The position numbers and the translations under genes were made by a program. DNA of 64,000 nucleotides. It comes from Deltaproteobacteria bacterium (GTDB taxonomy: Bacteria > Myxococcota_A > Polyangia > Fen-1088). The DNA lies in the NCBI GenBank assembly GCA_033763315.1, contig JANRKS010000024.1:161988-225987 (forward strand). The letters run 5' to 3'. Under the pieces are notes generated by a model. It was given only the letters and a program-made list of their open reading frames with translations, was not told the DNA's origin and made no database searches. Below, one piece after another: positions 9,846-19,972 of this stretch. The first letter of the stretch is position 1. Every line of letters begins with the position of its first letter.

Positions 9846-11489
9846 ATGCTTGGCAAGCAATGTGTTGTTCTATTGCTGTCTGCCGCCGCCTGTACAGGCC
9901 AAGTTGGCAACGTCGAAGTGACTTCGGATCCCGGCCCGACAGGCGGGGGCTCGCAGGGCGGCGCCGGCGGCGTCACACCCAGCGCCGTTGTCCTTCCCGC
10001 CGCAGGCGTGTTTCGTCTCACCGCTGCTCAGTACAAGGCCACCCTGCGTGATCTGTTAGGTGACGAGGTTCCGATGCCCACGCTGGAACGTGACATCGTG
10101 CTCAAGGGTTTTGCGGCCGTGGGCGCTGCAGGCGCGGGCATTGCGGAATCGGCTGCCGAGTCATTTGAGGGCGGCGGATCCGTCGCCGCGGCTTTCGCGT
10201 TTGGGGCCAAAGGCAGCAAGCGTTCACTTCTGACGTGTGCGGGCCAGATGGGACCGGACGAAGCGTGCGTGAAGACATTCGTGCAGTCGTTTGGCCGCAA
10301 AGTTTTTCGGCGGCCGTTAGAGTCAGCAGAGCAAGACAATTATGTGAAGGTATGGAAGGACGCGGCCGCGCTTGAGAAAAGCAGTTGGCGCGGTGTGGAG
10401 CTGCTGGTTGCAGCGATGCTGCAATCTCCGAATTTTCTATTTCGTGTGCAGGAGGGCGAAGTGGATCCCGGCAATCGCGCACGCCGCCGCTACCGAAGTT
10501 TTGAGATGGCCGATAGGTTGTCGTACTTCTTGTGGGGGTCCACACCTGACGATGCCCTTTTGAATGCAGCTGAATCAGGAGCGCTGCTGAGCGCCGCGGG
10601 CGTGGCTGCGCAAGCAAAGCGGTTGGCCGCCTCGCCGCGAGCGCGTGCCGCGTTGGCCAACTTCGTGGCCGAGAAATTGGATCTGGGACAGCTTGACCTC
10701 ATCAGTAAAGACGCCGTTGCGTTTCCGCGCTTCTCACCGGCCTTGGCAGCCACCATGAAAGCTTCCACACAGCGGTTGATTGATTTCGTTCTGTTCGAGA
10801 AATCTGGCGATTTCCTCGACCTCATCGATACGCGCACAACGTTCGTTAACAAGGAACTCGCCGCCATATACAACATCCCCAACATCACGTCTGACACTTT
10901 GGTGCAAGCAACCGCAGAACCGCTGCGGGTTGGCATCCTGGGGCAAGCGTCCTTCTTGGCAGTGAAATCCCACGCAGTGAAAACATCGCCCACGCAGCGA
11001 GGAAAATTCGTGATGGAACGCCTGCTTTGTAATGAAATTCCGGCGCCGGATGCGAGCGTTGACACCACGGTACCCGCCGATGCAAACCTTTCGATGCGCG
11101 ATTTCTTGGAAGAGCACCGCAAGAATCCAACATGCGCCAGCTGTCATAAGCTGATGGATCCAATCGGCGTGGCGTTCGAGAATTTTGATGCGATTGGTGC
11201 GTTTCGCACCAAGGATGCGGGACGCGAGATCGATGCCAGTGGGGCGATTGAGGGTAAGGCATATAGGAACCTTCCGGAGCTTGCAGCCGTATTGCGCTCA
11301 TCGCCCGAGGTCGCCATGTGCGTGGTGAAAGACTTGCTTCGGTACGCCACAGCTGACAGCGCCGCTGAGCAAGACCCAGAGGTCATCGCCGAATTGACGA
11401 AGACGTTCGAGGCCAATGGTAGGCAGCTTCGCGATCTGGCAGCGGCGATTGCGACGAGCGACAGTTTTCGGTTCGCCAGTTCGTTTTAG
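9846..11489 (+). CDS. DUF1592/DUF1588-type (PSD/PSCyt domain) lipoprotein
   Basis: RLTAAQY, FGRKVFRRPL, LQSPNFLFR, RLSYFLWGSTPD, TSPTQRG, CASCH heme motif, FENFDAIG. Confidence 0.85.
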   Translation: MLGKQCVVLLLSAAACTGQVGNVEVTSDPGPTGGGSQGGAGGVTPSAVVLPAAGVFRLTAAQYKATLRDLLGDEVPMPTLERDIVLKGFAAVGAAGAGIAESAAESFEGGGSVAAAFAFGAKGSKRSLLTCAGQMGPDEACVKTFVQSFGRKVFRRPLESAEQDNYVKVWKDAAALEKSSWRGVELLVAAMLQSPNFLFRVQEGEVDPGNRARRRYRSFEMADRLSYFLWGSTPDDALLNAAESGALLSAAGVAAQAKRLAASPRARAALANFVAEKLDLGQLDLISKDAVAFPRFSPALAATMKASTQRLIDFVLFEKSGDFLDLIDTRTTFVNKELAAIYNIPNITSDTLVQATAEPLRVGILGQASFLAVKSHAVKTSPTQRGKFVMERLLCNEIPAPDASVDTTVPADANLSMRDFLEEHRKNPTCASCHKLMDPIGVAFENFDAIGAFRTKDAGREIDASGAIEGKAYRNLPELAAVLRSSPEVAMCVVKDLLRYATADSAAEQDPEVIAELTKTFEANGRQLRDLAAAIATSDSFRFASSF

Positions 11490-11517
11490 CCATTCACAAG
11501 CACGAGGGCATCTGCAC

Positions 11518-12921
11518 ATGCAGCGGAACAACAACAGGTTTTCTCGTCGGACAATTCTACGTGGCGTACTTTACGGAAGCGCGGTTCAAGTAGGCTTGCC
11601 GCTGTTCGAAGAGATGCTGAACGGCCATGGCGACGCGCTGGCAGATGGAACTCCCATCCCGCGCAAATTCGGCGTTTGGTATTTCGGAGATGGCGTGCGC
11701 AATGAGTTCTGGACGCCAAAGGCCAGAGGTGCCAATTGGGACGTCACTGAAGAACTTGCACCGATCGTCAATGCAGCACCAGGAATCAAAGAATATGTGT
11801 CGGTGATCTCCGGCATGGACGCAAAGGGTGATCCTTACGTACACGCAGGCCCTGCGTCAGCTGCGCTCACGGGCACGGGCCTCGACCACCCGGGCGGAGA
11901 CAATGGCACGCCACAGGGGCCTTCGATCGACGTGCTCGTCGCCAAAGAGATTGGCAGCGGCACACCATTTGCGACCGTGCAATCGGGGCTCTACAACTTC
12001 TTGGCCAACGGCTCTGCTTATCACGCGATCTCGCACAACGGTCCCGACGCGCCCAATTACCCTGAGCTTGACGCGCGCAAGATTTACAACCGGCTGTTCG
12101 GCGCTGGCAGCCCAGGTGAACGGCTTGCTGGGAACGCCACGACGCCCGTGGCCGACAACACAGTGGCCTTACGCAAGAGCGCCCTTGATGCCGTGCTGGC
12201 CGATTGCAACAGACTTAAATCACAGGTGAGCTCGGCTTCCAAACAGCGCATCGAACAGCATTGCGAATCGATCCGCAAAATCGAAAGTCGCTTGGTGTCT
12301 TTGCCCGCGTCCGTGGTCGCATGCACCAAGCCGATGTCGCCCACGAACATCACCGACGCGAAAGCGGGCCAGGGCCTCTATGGCAGTTCCAAGGATTACA
12401 AAGAGGTGAACGAAACCATGAGTCTGCTTTTGGCTCACGCGTTGGTCTGCGATCTCACGCGGGTCTTCACCCATTGCTACACGAATCCAGCGGCACACTG
12501 GATCTACGATAAAAGCCTCGTGGGCGGCGGCGTTCCCGGCAGCTTCCACGAATTGACTCACACAGAAGGCGGCACGCAGCCGAATGTCCACAAGGGCGTC
12601 GTTCTTCAGATGGGTCACTTGGGCAACACCGTGAAGGTCTTCAAATCAACGCCGCTTGGCACCGGCAACCTCCTCGACTACATGGCGATGATGGTGACTT
12701 CCGACTGCTCGCGCGGCCAGAACCACGATCCCAAGGACATGCCATTTCTGGTCATCGGAAAAGCAGGTGGCGCACTCAAGGGCAACGTTCACTATCGTGG
12801 CACGGGTGAAAGCGTTACGAAGGCCACGTTTACAGCCGCAAAGGCCGCAGCACCTCAATTGGCTGCGTTCGGCCAAGGTGGCCAACGCGTCACGGATGTT
12901 TTGACCGACGTGATGGCGTAG
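11518..12921 (+). CDS. DUF1552 (HXXSHH-family) Tat-exported protein
   Basis: SRRTILRG twin-arginine signal, LPLFEEM, SIDVLVA, CDLTRV, FHELTH. This family is the usual partner of DUF1592 genes. Confidence 0.82.
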   Translation: MQRNNNRFSRRTILRGVLYGSAVQVGLPLFEEMLNGHGDALADGTPIPRKFGVWYFGDGVRNEFWTPKARGANWDVTEELAPIVNAAPGIKEYVSVISGMDAKGDPYVHAGPASAALTGTGLDHPGGDNGTPQGPSIDVLVAKEIGSGTPFATVQSGLYNFLANGSAYHAISHNGPDAPNYPELDARKIYNRLFGAGSPGERLAGNATTPVADNTVALRKSALDAVLADCNRLKSQVSSASKQRIEQHCESIRKIESRLVSLPASVVACTKPMSPTNITDAKAGQGLYGSSKDYKEVNETMSLLLAHALVCDLTRVFTHCYTNPAAHWIYDKSLVGGGVPGSFHELTHTEGGTQPNVHKGVVLQMGHLGNTVKVFKSTPLGTGNLLDYMAMMVTSDCSRGQNHDPKDMPFLVIGKAGGALKGNVHYRGTGESVTKATFTAAKAAAPQLAAFGQGGQRVTDVLTDVMA

Positions 12922-12924
12922 CGA

Positions 12925-13749
12925 CTAAGGCACCAAAAGGGTGCGGGTCACACCAAACGGCGATTCGTTGGCGGCCGTTTCGGTCGCGCGATACGCGATG
13001 AATGCCCCTGCGGCGGCCAGGACCACCGCGCCCCCTGCCAACCAAATCCAGTTTCGTTTGATCCATGGTTTTGCCGTGGGCGCTGGGATAGCTGCGGCGG
13101 TGGTCACAGTCGTGACGGTCGCAGCTGGTGCCGTCACACGCGCAACCAACGAAGGCGTGACCTCCACAGTTTTGCGTTGCTCGCACTCGATGCTTTCAAT
13201 CCACGGCTCGTACCCGGCGTTGCGCCACTCAACCACGTGGCGGCCCGGGTTTAATCGTTTTTCATACACGCGGTTGCGTTCGGGGCTCGCCACCACGATT
13301 CCATCGATCCGCAACTCACCACCTGAAACAGTGGGGTGCATTCGCAGAAGGCCTGTGTAACTTCGTACGTCATCGGCCAATGCTTCGGCTTCCTGCAATT
13401 GCGCCGGTGCCAACACACCAAAGTCGTTGTTCATCAAGCGTTCAAGCGTTTGCAGTGCGGACGCAGCGTCGGCCATGCGATGAGACGTAACAGCCAAGTT
13501 GAACGCGGTGGCTGGATGCGGCTGCAGACGAAGCGACGCCTCGAACAGCGCGCGCGCCTGAGCATAAGCGGCACGCTGCAACGCTTGCACCCCTTGGTTG
13601 AACAACGCCATAGCCTCTGGCTCTTTCGTGGCGGCCACGGGCGGCGGCGCTGGGTCCGCCGCAGCTCGTGTGGCGAAGGATGCGCATGACAAGACGCAGA
13701 CGAGCAACGTGCCTCGGACAACCGAACGCATCTTCAACGCCACTGCCAC
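12925..13749 (-). CDS. Exported TPR + PEGA domain protein
   Basis: Signal peptide, TPR-like LFNQG...FEASLRLQPHPATAFNLA, PEGA-like LNPGRHVVEWRNAGYEPW, C-terminal hydrophobic segment. Confidence 0.75.
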   Translation of the reverse strand: MAVALKMRSVVRGTLLVCVLSCASFATRAAADPAPPPVAATKEPEAMALFNQGVQALQRAAYAQARALFEASLRLQPHPATAFNLAVTSHRMADAASALQTLERLMNNDFGVLAPAQLQEAEALADDVRSYTGLLRMHPTVSGGELRIDGIVVASPERNRVYEKRLNPGRHVVEWRNAGYEPWIESIECEQRKTVEVTPSLVARVTAPAATVTTVTTAAAIPAPTAKPWIKRNWIWLAGGAVVLAAAGAFIAYRATETAANESPFGVTRTLLVP

Positions 13750-15032
13750 AACCTCAGTTTTTCAGTGGTTTTGCGGTTGCTGCGCTTGCTTGTTTTTGTC
13801 GCCGGTTTTGCCACTTTCGGTGAAGCCACAACTTCTGCTGGAGGCTTGGGTGCTGATACAGCGGGGGCCGCAACGGGCGGGTTGGCCGCGGGTGGTGGAA
13901 CGGGAGGGGACGCGTGCGTTGGAAGCACAGCGGGTTCATTGCGATCTGCATTCGCTCTGATGACAAACAGCACGGCCAACCCCAACATCAATACGCCCAC
14001 CAGCGCCCAAACGCCACGCATGTGAGCTGAACGCGCGCGAACGGGCACGGTTTGCTCTGTGGAATGAGACGCCGCCAACGCCACCCGGACTTGATCGTTG
14101 CGCACGGCTTTCAAAGCAGCAAACCCCGCTTCCATGAACGCCGCCATATCAAAGTTTTCCCCCTCTTGCACAAAAGCGTCCAACACCGTTTGCAACCGTC
14201 GTGCGACGTCATCGGCCGTCTGCGGTCGCAGGTTCGGATCCTTCGCCAACAATTCGAACATGAGCTCCACCACGGCGGAGGGAACGTCGTCGCGCTCCAT
14301 GCCAATGTCGGGGGGCCCTTCGTTGAGGATCTTGCGCGCGGTTTCATCGCCCTCAGCAGCGCCAAACAACCGACGCCCAGACAACATTTCCCAAAAAACC
14401 ACGCCCAACGCGTAAATATCCGCTTTGCGGTCGAAGGGTTCAAAGCGCAGCCGCTCCGGCGCCATGTAGCTCAACTTGCCCTTAAGCACGCCAGTGCGCG
14501 TTTGCGATCCGCTGTCCATGGCCCGTGCCACGCCGAAGTCAGTGAGCCGCGCATTTCCGTCAAAGCCCACAAGGATGTTCTGCGGCGACACGTCCCGGTG
14601 GATGATGCCCAAGGCGTTGCCATGCATGTCGCGTAATTCATGGGCGGCGTGCAACCCTTCGGCCACCTGCATCGCGATCCTGCATGCGGCGGGCACGGGC
14701 AACGGCCCTTGCGCCACCAATTGCGACAGCGGCACCCCGTCGATGTAATCCATGACCAGGAACGGTCCCAGCTGGTCTTGCCCCACATCGACCACGCCCA
14801 CCACATTCGGGTGGTGGATGAGCCCGGCCAGGCGCGCTTCATCAAGGAACATCTCGCGAATGCCAGCGTCATCGGCCAAGTGAGGATGCAAACGCTTCAA
14901 CGCGAACAGACGCACAAAACGCACGTCCTCACGCGCCGCCAAATCCACCCGCCCCATGCCCCCGCGCGCAAGCTCGAACAACGTTCGGTAACGAGAGGGA
15001 GAACCTGTCGCGGCAACACTCATCGGCGGCAC
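13734..15032 (-). CDS. Membrane-anchored Hanks-type serine/threonine protein kinase
   Basis: ARGGMGRV, ALKRL, HRDVSPQN, DFG, GKLSYMAPE, DIYALG; TM helix and Pro-rich tail. Start is GTG 15032 (after TATATT) or ATG 15023. Confidence 0.92.
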   Translation of the reverse strand: MPPMSVAATGSPSRYRTLFELARGGMGRVDLAAREDVRFVRLFALKRLHPHLADDAGIREMFLDEARLAGLIHHPNVVGVVDVGQDQLGPFLVMDYIDGVPLSQLVAQGPLPVPAACRIAMQVAEGLHAAHELRDMHGNALGIIHRDVSPQNILVGFDGNARLTDFGVARAMDSGSQTRTGVLKGKLSYMAPERLRFEPFDRKADIYALGVVFWEMLSGRRLFGAAEGDETARKILNEGPPDIGMERDDVPSAVVELMFELLAKDPNLRPQTADDVARRLQTVLDAFVQEGENFDMAAFMEAGFAALKAVRNDQVRVALAASHSTEQTVPVRARSAHMRGVWALVGVLMLGLAVLFVIRANADRNEPAVLPTHASPPVPPPAANPPVAAPAVSAPKPPAEVVASPKVAKPATKTSKRSNRKTTEKLRLWQWR

Positions 15033-15107
15033 GTTCAAATATAACGCTTCCGCGACCCAACGATGTTGCACTTCCCGTGAATCACGCAGAAAATCATCAG
15101 ACCGTTC

Positions 15108-16715
15108 ATGAGCACCTTTGGATTTGCGGCCCTGCGGCACATCGAACAAGGTGACATCAACAAAGGGCTGCACGCATTGAACGCCATGGCCTCCGGCCCG
15201 CAGCGCGACGCATGGGAGCTGGCGCTTGGCGCGCATACGTCGTTGGCGTCGCCCGAACATTTCGTGCCCCCGAGCCTCACCACGCTTGCTGGCATCGCCA
15301 CCCGTGACCCTGACGTTCACAGCGCGCTGGCCGCGGCGTGCACCGCACTTGAGAAACGCGCCGTCATTGGGCTCGACACCCATGGGTTCGCACAAACGTG
15401 GGCATTGCATCAACAGCTTCAATGTGGCGAGGGCAAACCCGAAACACGTCTGAGCCTTTATGTGTCTCGCGCGTGGGCCAAATACCTCGACATCGAGCCG
15501 CAGGACTTCGACGTGACGATGGCGCAATTGGAATCTGTGCGTCGCGAAGCGGCTGACCATCAACTGTCGGCCTTGTTGATCGAAGCCACTGTGTTGAGTG
15601 GACTGCTCGCGCTCAAGCATGATCAGCACCCAATCGTGCGAGGCTTCGTTCGCCGTGCCGCGCTCATGGCACAAAGCGAAGGCTTGCCCCAGTCGCAGTA
15701 TCTTGCACACGCAGCGCTTGCTAGGTTTCGTCGCTACGAACGCAGACCACATCTGGCCGTGCGCATCTTGGCGTCGTTACGGTCGGTCGCGCCAACCTGT
15801 TGGCGCCCATGGCTCGATTGGGAATGTGTGATGACGGGCATCAGCCGCGTCAACAATGAGACGGCGCCCGTCGCTGTCGATGTCGCGCAGAATCTAGAGC
15901 GCTATTTGCTGGCGGTGTCGAGCGGCGCGCCCGGCGCCAGCGCAGCCGAGCTGGCGCTCATGAAAACAAAGCTTCAAGGCCGCACCGATTTGCTACGAGA
16001 AGCGCGGGCGCTTGAAGGTTGCGTGGATCCCTCGTTGCCGCTGAGCCAGCTGCCACCCGACGTGCTTGCATGGGCACAAGGGACTACGGATGTTGTTCCG
16101 TGTGGCGTCGATGGTGTTTTGTTCGGTCGTAGTGAACACAGCAACGCCATGGCAAGTGTTTACGTTGCACCCCACAAGCCACCGCGGCGCCTGCTTTCGA
16201 TCGCTGCGCCGCTCTTGGCCGCGCAAGAGGCCTTGCCGCGCGTGCAACGTCACAACGCGCGCATCGAAACCGCCGCGGCCACGCTGGCGCTGACGGGCGC
16301 CTCCGGCGTGACAGAAGAAGAGTTCTGGCGGCGCGTTTACGGTTTTGTTTTTGTTCCCGCTTTGCACAAAAGCACGCTTGATGTTCTCCTGCACCGTTTG
16401 CGCGAACGATTTGATGGGACCGCTGAGATCGTGAGGCACGAAGGCCGGCTTCGCTTTGAGCCTTTGCGGCCAATGTTTCTCGTTGATCCGCGAGGTATGC
16501 CAGGCGTCGACGCTTTGCTACTGAAGATGCTCTCTGAGCGCGGTTCCGCCAGCGCGCGCACGGCCGCAGAGACTTTGGCGGTCCCCCTGCGCACCGTGCA
16601 GTCGGCGCTCGCAGATTTGGTGGCCGAGGGCCACTTGAAGATTGAGGGCAAAGGCCGCAACGTGGCCTATGTGGTGGAGGATACCGTGTTTGCTGAGCCC
16701 ACGCGCGGCGCTTGA
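15108..16715 (+). CDS. Helical protein with two C-terminal winged-helix-like domains (putative transcription regulator)
   Basis: OmpR-like segment EEFWRRVYG...TLDVLLHRLRERF, then a second wHTH (SARTAAETLAVPLRTVQSALADLVAEG...GKGRNVAY). Confidence 0.6.
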   Translation: MSTFGFAALRHIEQGDINKGLHALNAMASGPQRDAWELALGAHTSLASPEHFVPPSLTTLAGIATRDPDVHSALAAACTALEKRAVIGLDTHGFAQTWALHQQLQCGEGKPETRLSLYVSRAWAKYLDIEPQDFDVTMAQLESVRREAADHQLSALLIEATVLSGLLALKHDQHPIVRGFVRRAALMAQSEGLPQSQYLAHAALARFRRYERRPHLAVRILASLRSVAPTCWRPWLDWECVMTGISRVNNETAPVAVDVAQNLERYLLAVSSGAPGASAAELALMKTKLQGRTDLLREARALEGCVDPSLPLSQLPPDVLAWAQGTTDVVPCGVDGVLFGRSEHSNAMASVYVAPHKPPRRLLSIAAPLLAAQEALPRVQRHNARIETAAATLALTGASGVTEEEFWRRVYGFVFVPALHKSTLDVLLHRLRERFDGTAEIVRHEGRLRFEPLRPMFLVDPRGMPGVDALLLKMLSERGSASARTAAETLAVPLRTVQSALADLVAEGHLKIEGKGRNVAYVVEDTVFAEPTRGA

Positions 16716-16716
16716 T

Positions 16717-17850
16717 CTAAGGACGCGACGACGACAGCAATGTCAATGTGATGTCATCTATGGCCGTCACCCAGCCCGCGTTTGCATTGCCGCGAACGCT
16801 GATCAACAAGCTGTCATTGCGCCCAAACGGCACCGATGGCAAATCAACGTTTACACTTGCATTGGCGCCGTCAAAGGGCGCTGTGGTGCGCAGCAGCTCC
16901 TCGAACTTTGGCGCCGTTGGTCGCACCGCCACAAGCGCAACGTCCGCTGGAGGTGAATTGCCACCGGCTTGCTGCGCCAGCAGGCCAATGCGTCCGCGAA
17001 TGCTTACGTTCACTGTCAGGCCAGTGGGATTCTGCCAACGCATGACCGGTATCACGGGATCGGCCGCGAGGTGGTCAAAGTATGTGATGTTGGCAGCGGG
17101 CGCCTGATCGTCTCCCACCGCCCAGGAGCCATCGTTGCCGAAGAACGAAGCATCCCAGATCATCAAGCGACGTTGTTGCGCGTACCAGGGCGCGGCCGCG
17201 TTGCCGGTGACGCTTTCGAAAGTCCAGGCGGGTCTTCCCGCTGCATCCTTCGAAGGGTTACCTAGTGTGCGCCCCGCGAGTGTGCCCTTGCCCCAATCGA
17301 TTGCGCGCTTCCAAGTGAAGCCCACAGGGTAGGGCGACGGTTCATGGCAAGGCGGTGCAAGGCACGCCGTGACGGGATCGCAAGGCAGCACCGAGGATTC
17401 CACAGGGGCCTCCGCGGCTGTCACACACACACCGTCCGCGCACGTTTCAGTGGCCTCGCAAATCACTTGCTCGTTGCACAGGCTGGAAAACGTGCGTGCA
17501 ACGTTGAGGGCTTCACCCCGCACATAGCCGCCGTTGATGCGTTGCCACGCAAGCCGTTGTTGGCTGGCAGCGAACAGTTCGGCCAACACGCCAAAGCGTC
17601 GAGTCGCATCGTCACCTGCGGGCTCGAGCGGAATCGTTAGCGGAAAGCGAACGTCGCCGCCAACCATGACTGTCTTATCCAAAGCGAGTTTATCGCCCTG
17701 AGCGCACACCCGAACTCTTAACGCTTTTCCCGGCGCCTCCAGCGCGGGTGCGGTGGCAAGCTCAACGGTGGTGGTGGAGCTTGGATCACAAGCTCCGACG
17801 AAGACAACCGCCGTGCACAGAGCGCTGCATAAGCATCGACGCTTGGTCAT
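16717..17850 (-). CDS. Putative lipoprotein, unknown function
   Basis: Lipobox VGAC, Cys-rich linker (CEATETCADGVC), beta-rich C-terminal domain. Confidence 0.65.
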   Translation of the reverse strand: MTKRRCLCSALCTAVVFVGACDPSSTTTVELATAPALEAPGKALRVRVCAQGDKLALDKTVMVGGDVRFPLTIPLEPAGDDATRRFGVLAELFAASQQRLAWQRINGGYVRGEALNVARTFSSLCNEQVICEATETCADGVCVTAAEAPVESSVLPCDPVTACLAPPCHEPSPYPVGFTWKRAIDWGKGTLAGRTLGNPSKDAAGRPAWTFESVTGNAAAPWYAQQRRLMIWDASFFGNDGSWAVGDDQAPAANITYFDHLAADPVIPVMRWQNPTGLTVNVSIRGRIGLLAQQAGGNSPPADVALVAVRPTAPKFEELLRTTAPFDGANASVNVDLPSVPFGRNDSLLISVRGNANAGWVTAIDDITLTLLSSSRP

Positions 17851-17873
17851 GGGCTTCCTTGGCTTCGACGGCG

Positions 17874-19919
17874 CTAATGGACGCGCTGGCCGGGCTTCGC
17901 GCCGCTGTCCGGCGACAACACAAACACCTCTTTGCCGCCTGGCCCGGCCGCAATCACCATGCCTTCGCTCATGCCGAACTTCATTTTGCGCGGCTTGAGG
18001 TTGGCCACAATCACCACCAACTTACCCACCAACGCGGCCGGTTCGTAGGCGCTCTTTATGCCAGCGAAGATCTGCCGGCGGTGCGCGCCGCCCAAGCTCA
18101 CGGATAACTTCAACAGCTTGTCGGACCCTTCAACCGCCTCGGCGCTAAGCACGCGCGCCACGCGCAGATCCACCTTCGCAAAATCATCGATGCTGCATTC
18201 GGCGGCCAACGGCTCCGCAGCAAAGGCGGCATCATCGTCTGCACTCGAAGCCGCGGGCGCGGGCGCCGCTTGACCATCGGGCGCCACCACCGATGATTCG
18301 ATCACCTTCTGCACCGCCGCCACGTCAAGGCGCTGCATCAAGTGTTTGTAAGGTCGCAACTGTGCGCCCACTTGCGCTTGCTTCGCTTCCGCCCACGCCG
18401 CCAATGGCGCGTTCAAAAGCTCGGCGCTGTCACACGCCAATTGCGGCAGCACAGGCGACAAGTAAATCGCGAGCTGCCGGTACAGATTGATCGCCACCGT
18501 GCAGATGTCTTGCACGTCCTGCGCGCGCGCCGGATCTTTGCGCAGTTTCCAAGGCTCTTTGCGATCGAAATATTCATTCGCGGCGTCAGCCAACGCCATG
18601 ATCAACCGCTGCGCTTTGTTGTATTCCCAGCCATCATAGGCCGCGGCAATTTCATCGCCCGCCGCCGCCGCTTTGGCAAACAAACCTTCGTCGTCCGGAT
18701 ACTGCGCCGACAGGCCCGTGGTTTCCAAGAACTTGGCGCTGCGGCTGGCCAGGTTCACAACCTTGTTCACCAGCTCACCATTCACCTTGCGCGTGAACTC
18801 TTCCAGATCAAGATCGAGATCATCTGGGCGCACGCCCAATTTGCTTGCGTAGTAGTAACGCAACGATTGCGGATCCACATGCTGCGCAAAAGTCTCGGCG
18901 GTGATGTACGTGCCTTTGCTCTTCGACATTTTCTCGCCGTTGACGGTGAGGAAACCGTGAATCTGCACGCGCTTGGGCAAGGTGAACCCCGCCACCTTCA
19001 GCATCACTGGCCAAAACAGCGTGTGAAAGTACGTGATGTCTTTGCCAATGAAGTGATAGACCTCCGTGGCATCTGACTTCCACCAGTCCGCAAAATTGCG
19101 GCTGGTCTTCTCGCACCACTCAAGCGTCGCCGCCAAATACCCTATCGGCGCGTCGAACCACACGTACCAGAAGTGCCCTGGGGCATCGGGGATCTCGAAG
19201 CCAAAGTACGGCGCCGGACGTGACACATCCCAATCGCGCAAAGCCTCCGTCAAGAAGTGCCCCTTAAGGTAATTGGCGATGCTTGGGTGCAAGTGATCAC
19301 CGCCCTGGGTCCATTCCTCAAGGAACGCGCGTTCGCTTTCAATGTTCACGAACAAATGCGTCGCCGAACGAATCTCAGGTGTGGCGCCCGACAACGTGCT
19401 GACCGGATCTTTCAGATCCGTTGGACTATAGGTGCTGCCACACACGTCACAGCTATCGCCATTCTGGTTGGGAGAGGCACACTTGGGACAGGTGCCTTTC
19501 ACAAACCGATCGGCCAAAAACACGCCGGCCGTGGGGTCGAACAGTTGCGAAACCTCGCGTTCGGCCACCAAGCCCTTGTTCCGAAACGCCTGCCAAAATT
19601 CGTGGCACAAACGCCGGTTGGCCTCTGAGTTGGTGCTGCCATAGTGATCAAAAGAAACCGCGAATTTCGCGAAGTCACGTTGGTGCGCGGCATTCGTCTC
19701 GGCCAACAACGCTTCTTCGGATCGGCCTTCGCGTCGCGCCCGCATCATGATGGATGTGCCGTGCGTGTCATCCGCGCACAGGTAGGCCACGTCGTGGCCG
19801 AGCATCCGTTGAAAACGCACCCAAATATCGGTTTGGATGTACTCCACCAAGTGGCCCATGTGAATGGGGCCGTTGGCGTAGGGCAAAGCGCTGGTCACAA
19901 GAATGCGGCGGGGAGTCAT
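17874..19919 (-). CDS. metG: Methionine--tRNA ligase
   Basis: [17 protein letters not shown], Zn knuckles, [14 protein letters not shown]-terminal tRNA-binding domain (DFAKVDLRV...SEGM). Confidence 0.97.
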   Translation of the reverse strand: MTPRRILVTSALPYANGPIHMGHLVEYIQTDIWVRFQRMLGHDVAYLCADDTHGTSIMMRARREGRSEEALLAETNAAHQRDFAKFAVSFDHYGSTNSEANRRLCHEFWQAFRNKGLVAEREVSQLFDPTAGVFLADRFVKGTCPKCASPNQNGDSCDVCGSTYSPTDLKDPVSTLSGATPEIRSATHLFVNIESERAFLEEWTQGGDHLHPSIANYLKGHFLTEALRDWDVSRPAPYFGFEIPDAPGHFWYVWFDAPIGYLAATLEWCEKTSRNFADWWKSDATEVYHFIGKDITYFHTLFWPVMLKVAGFTLPKRVQIHGFLTVNGEKMSKSKGTYITAETFAQHVDPQSLRYYYASKLGVRPDDLDLDLEEFTRKVNGELVNKVVNLASRSAKFLETTGLSAQYPDDEGLFAKAAAAGDEIAAAYDGWEYNKAQRLIMALADAANEYFDRKEPWKLRKDPARAQDVQDICTVAINLYRQLAIYLSPVLPQLACDSAELLNAPLAAWAEAKQAQVGAQLRPYKHLMQRLDVAAVQKVIESSVVAPDGQAAPAPAASSADDDAAFAAEPLAAECSIDDFAKVDLRVARVLSAEAVEGSDKLLKLSVSLGGAHRRQIFAGIKSAYEPAALVGKLVVIVANLKPRKMKFGMSEGMVIAAGPGGKEVFVLSPDSGAKPGQRVH

Positions 19920-19972
19920 GCGGCCGACTAATTTGCCACACATGGGGCCGCGCGGCACGAAAGGCGATGCTG

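Noticed and set aside
15033-15752. N-terminal extension of the kinase ORF in the track
   Set aside because: It overlaps the divergent 15108 gene; kinase motifs start near 15000 and a -10 element precedes GTG 15032.
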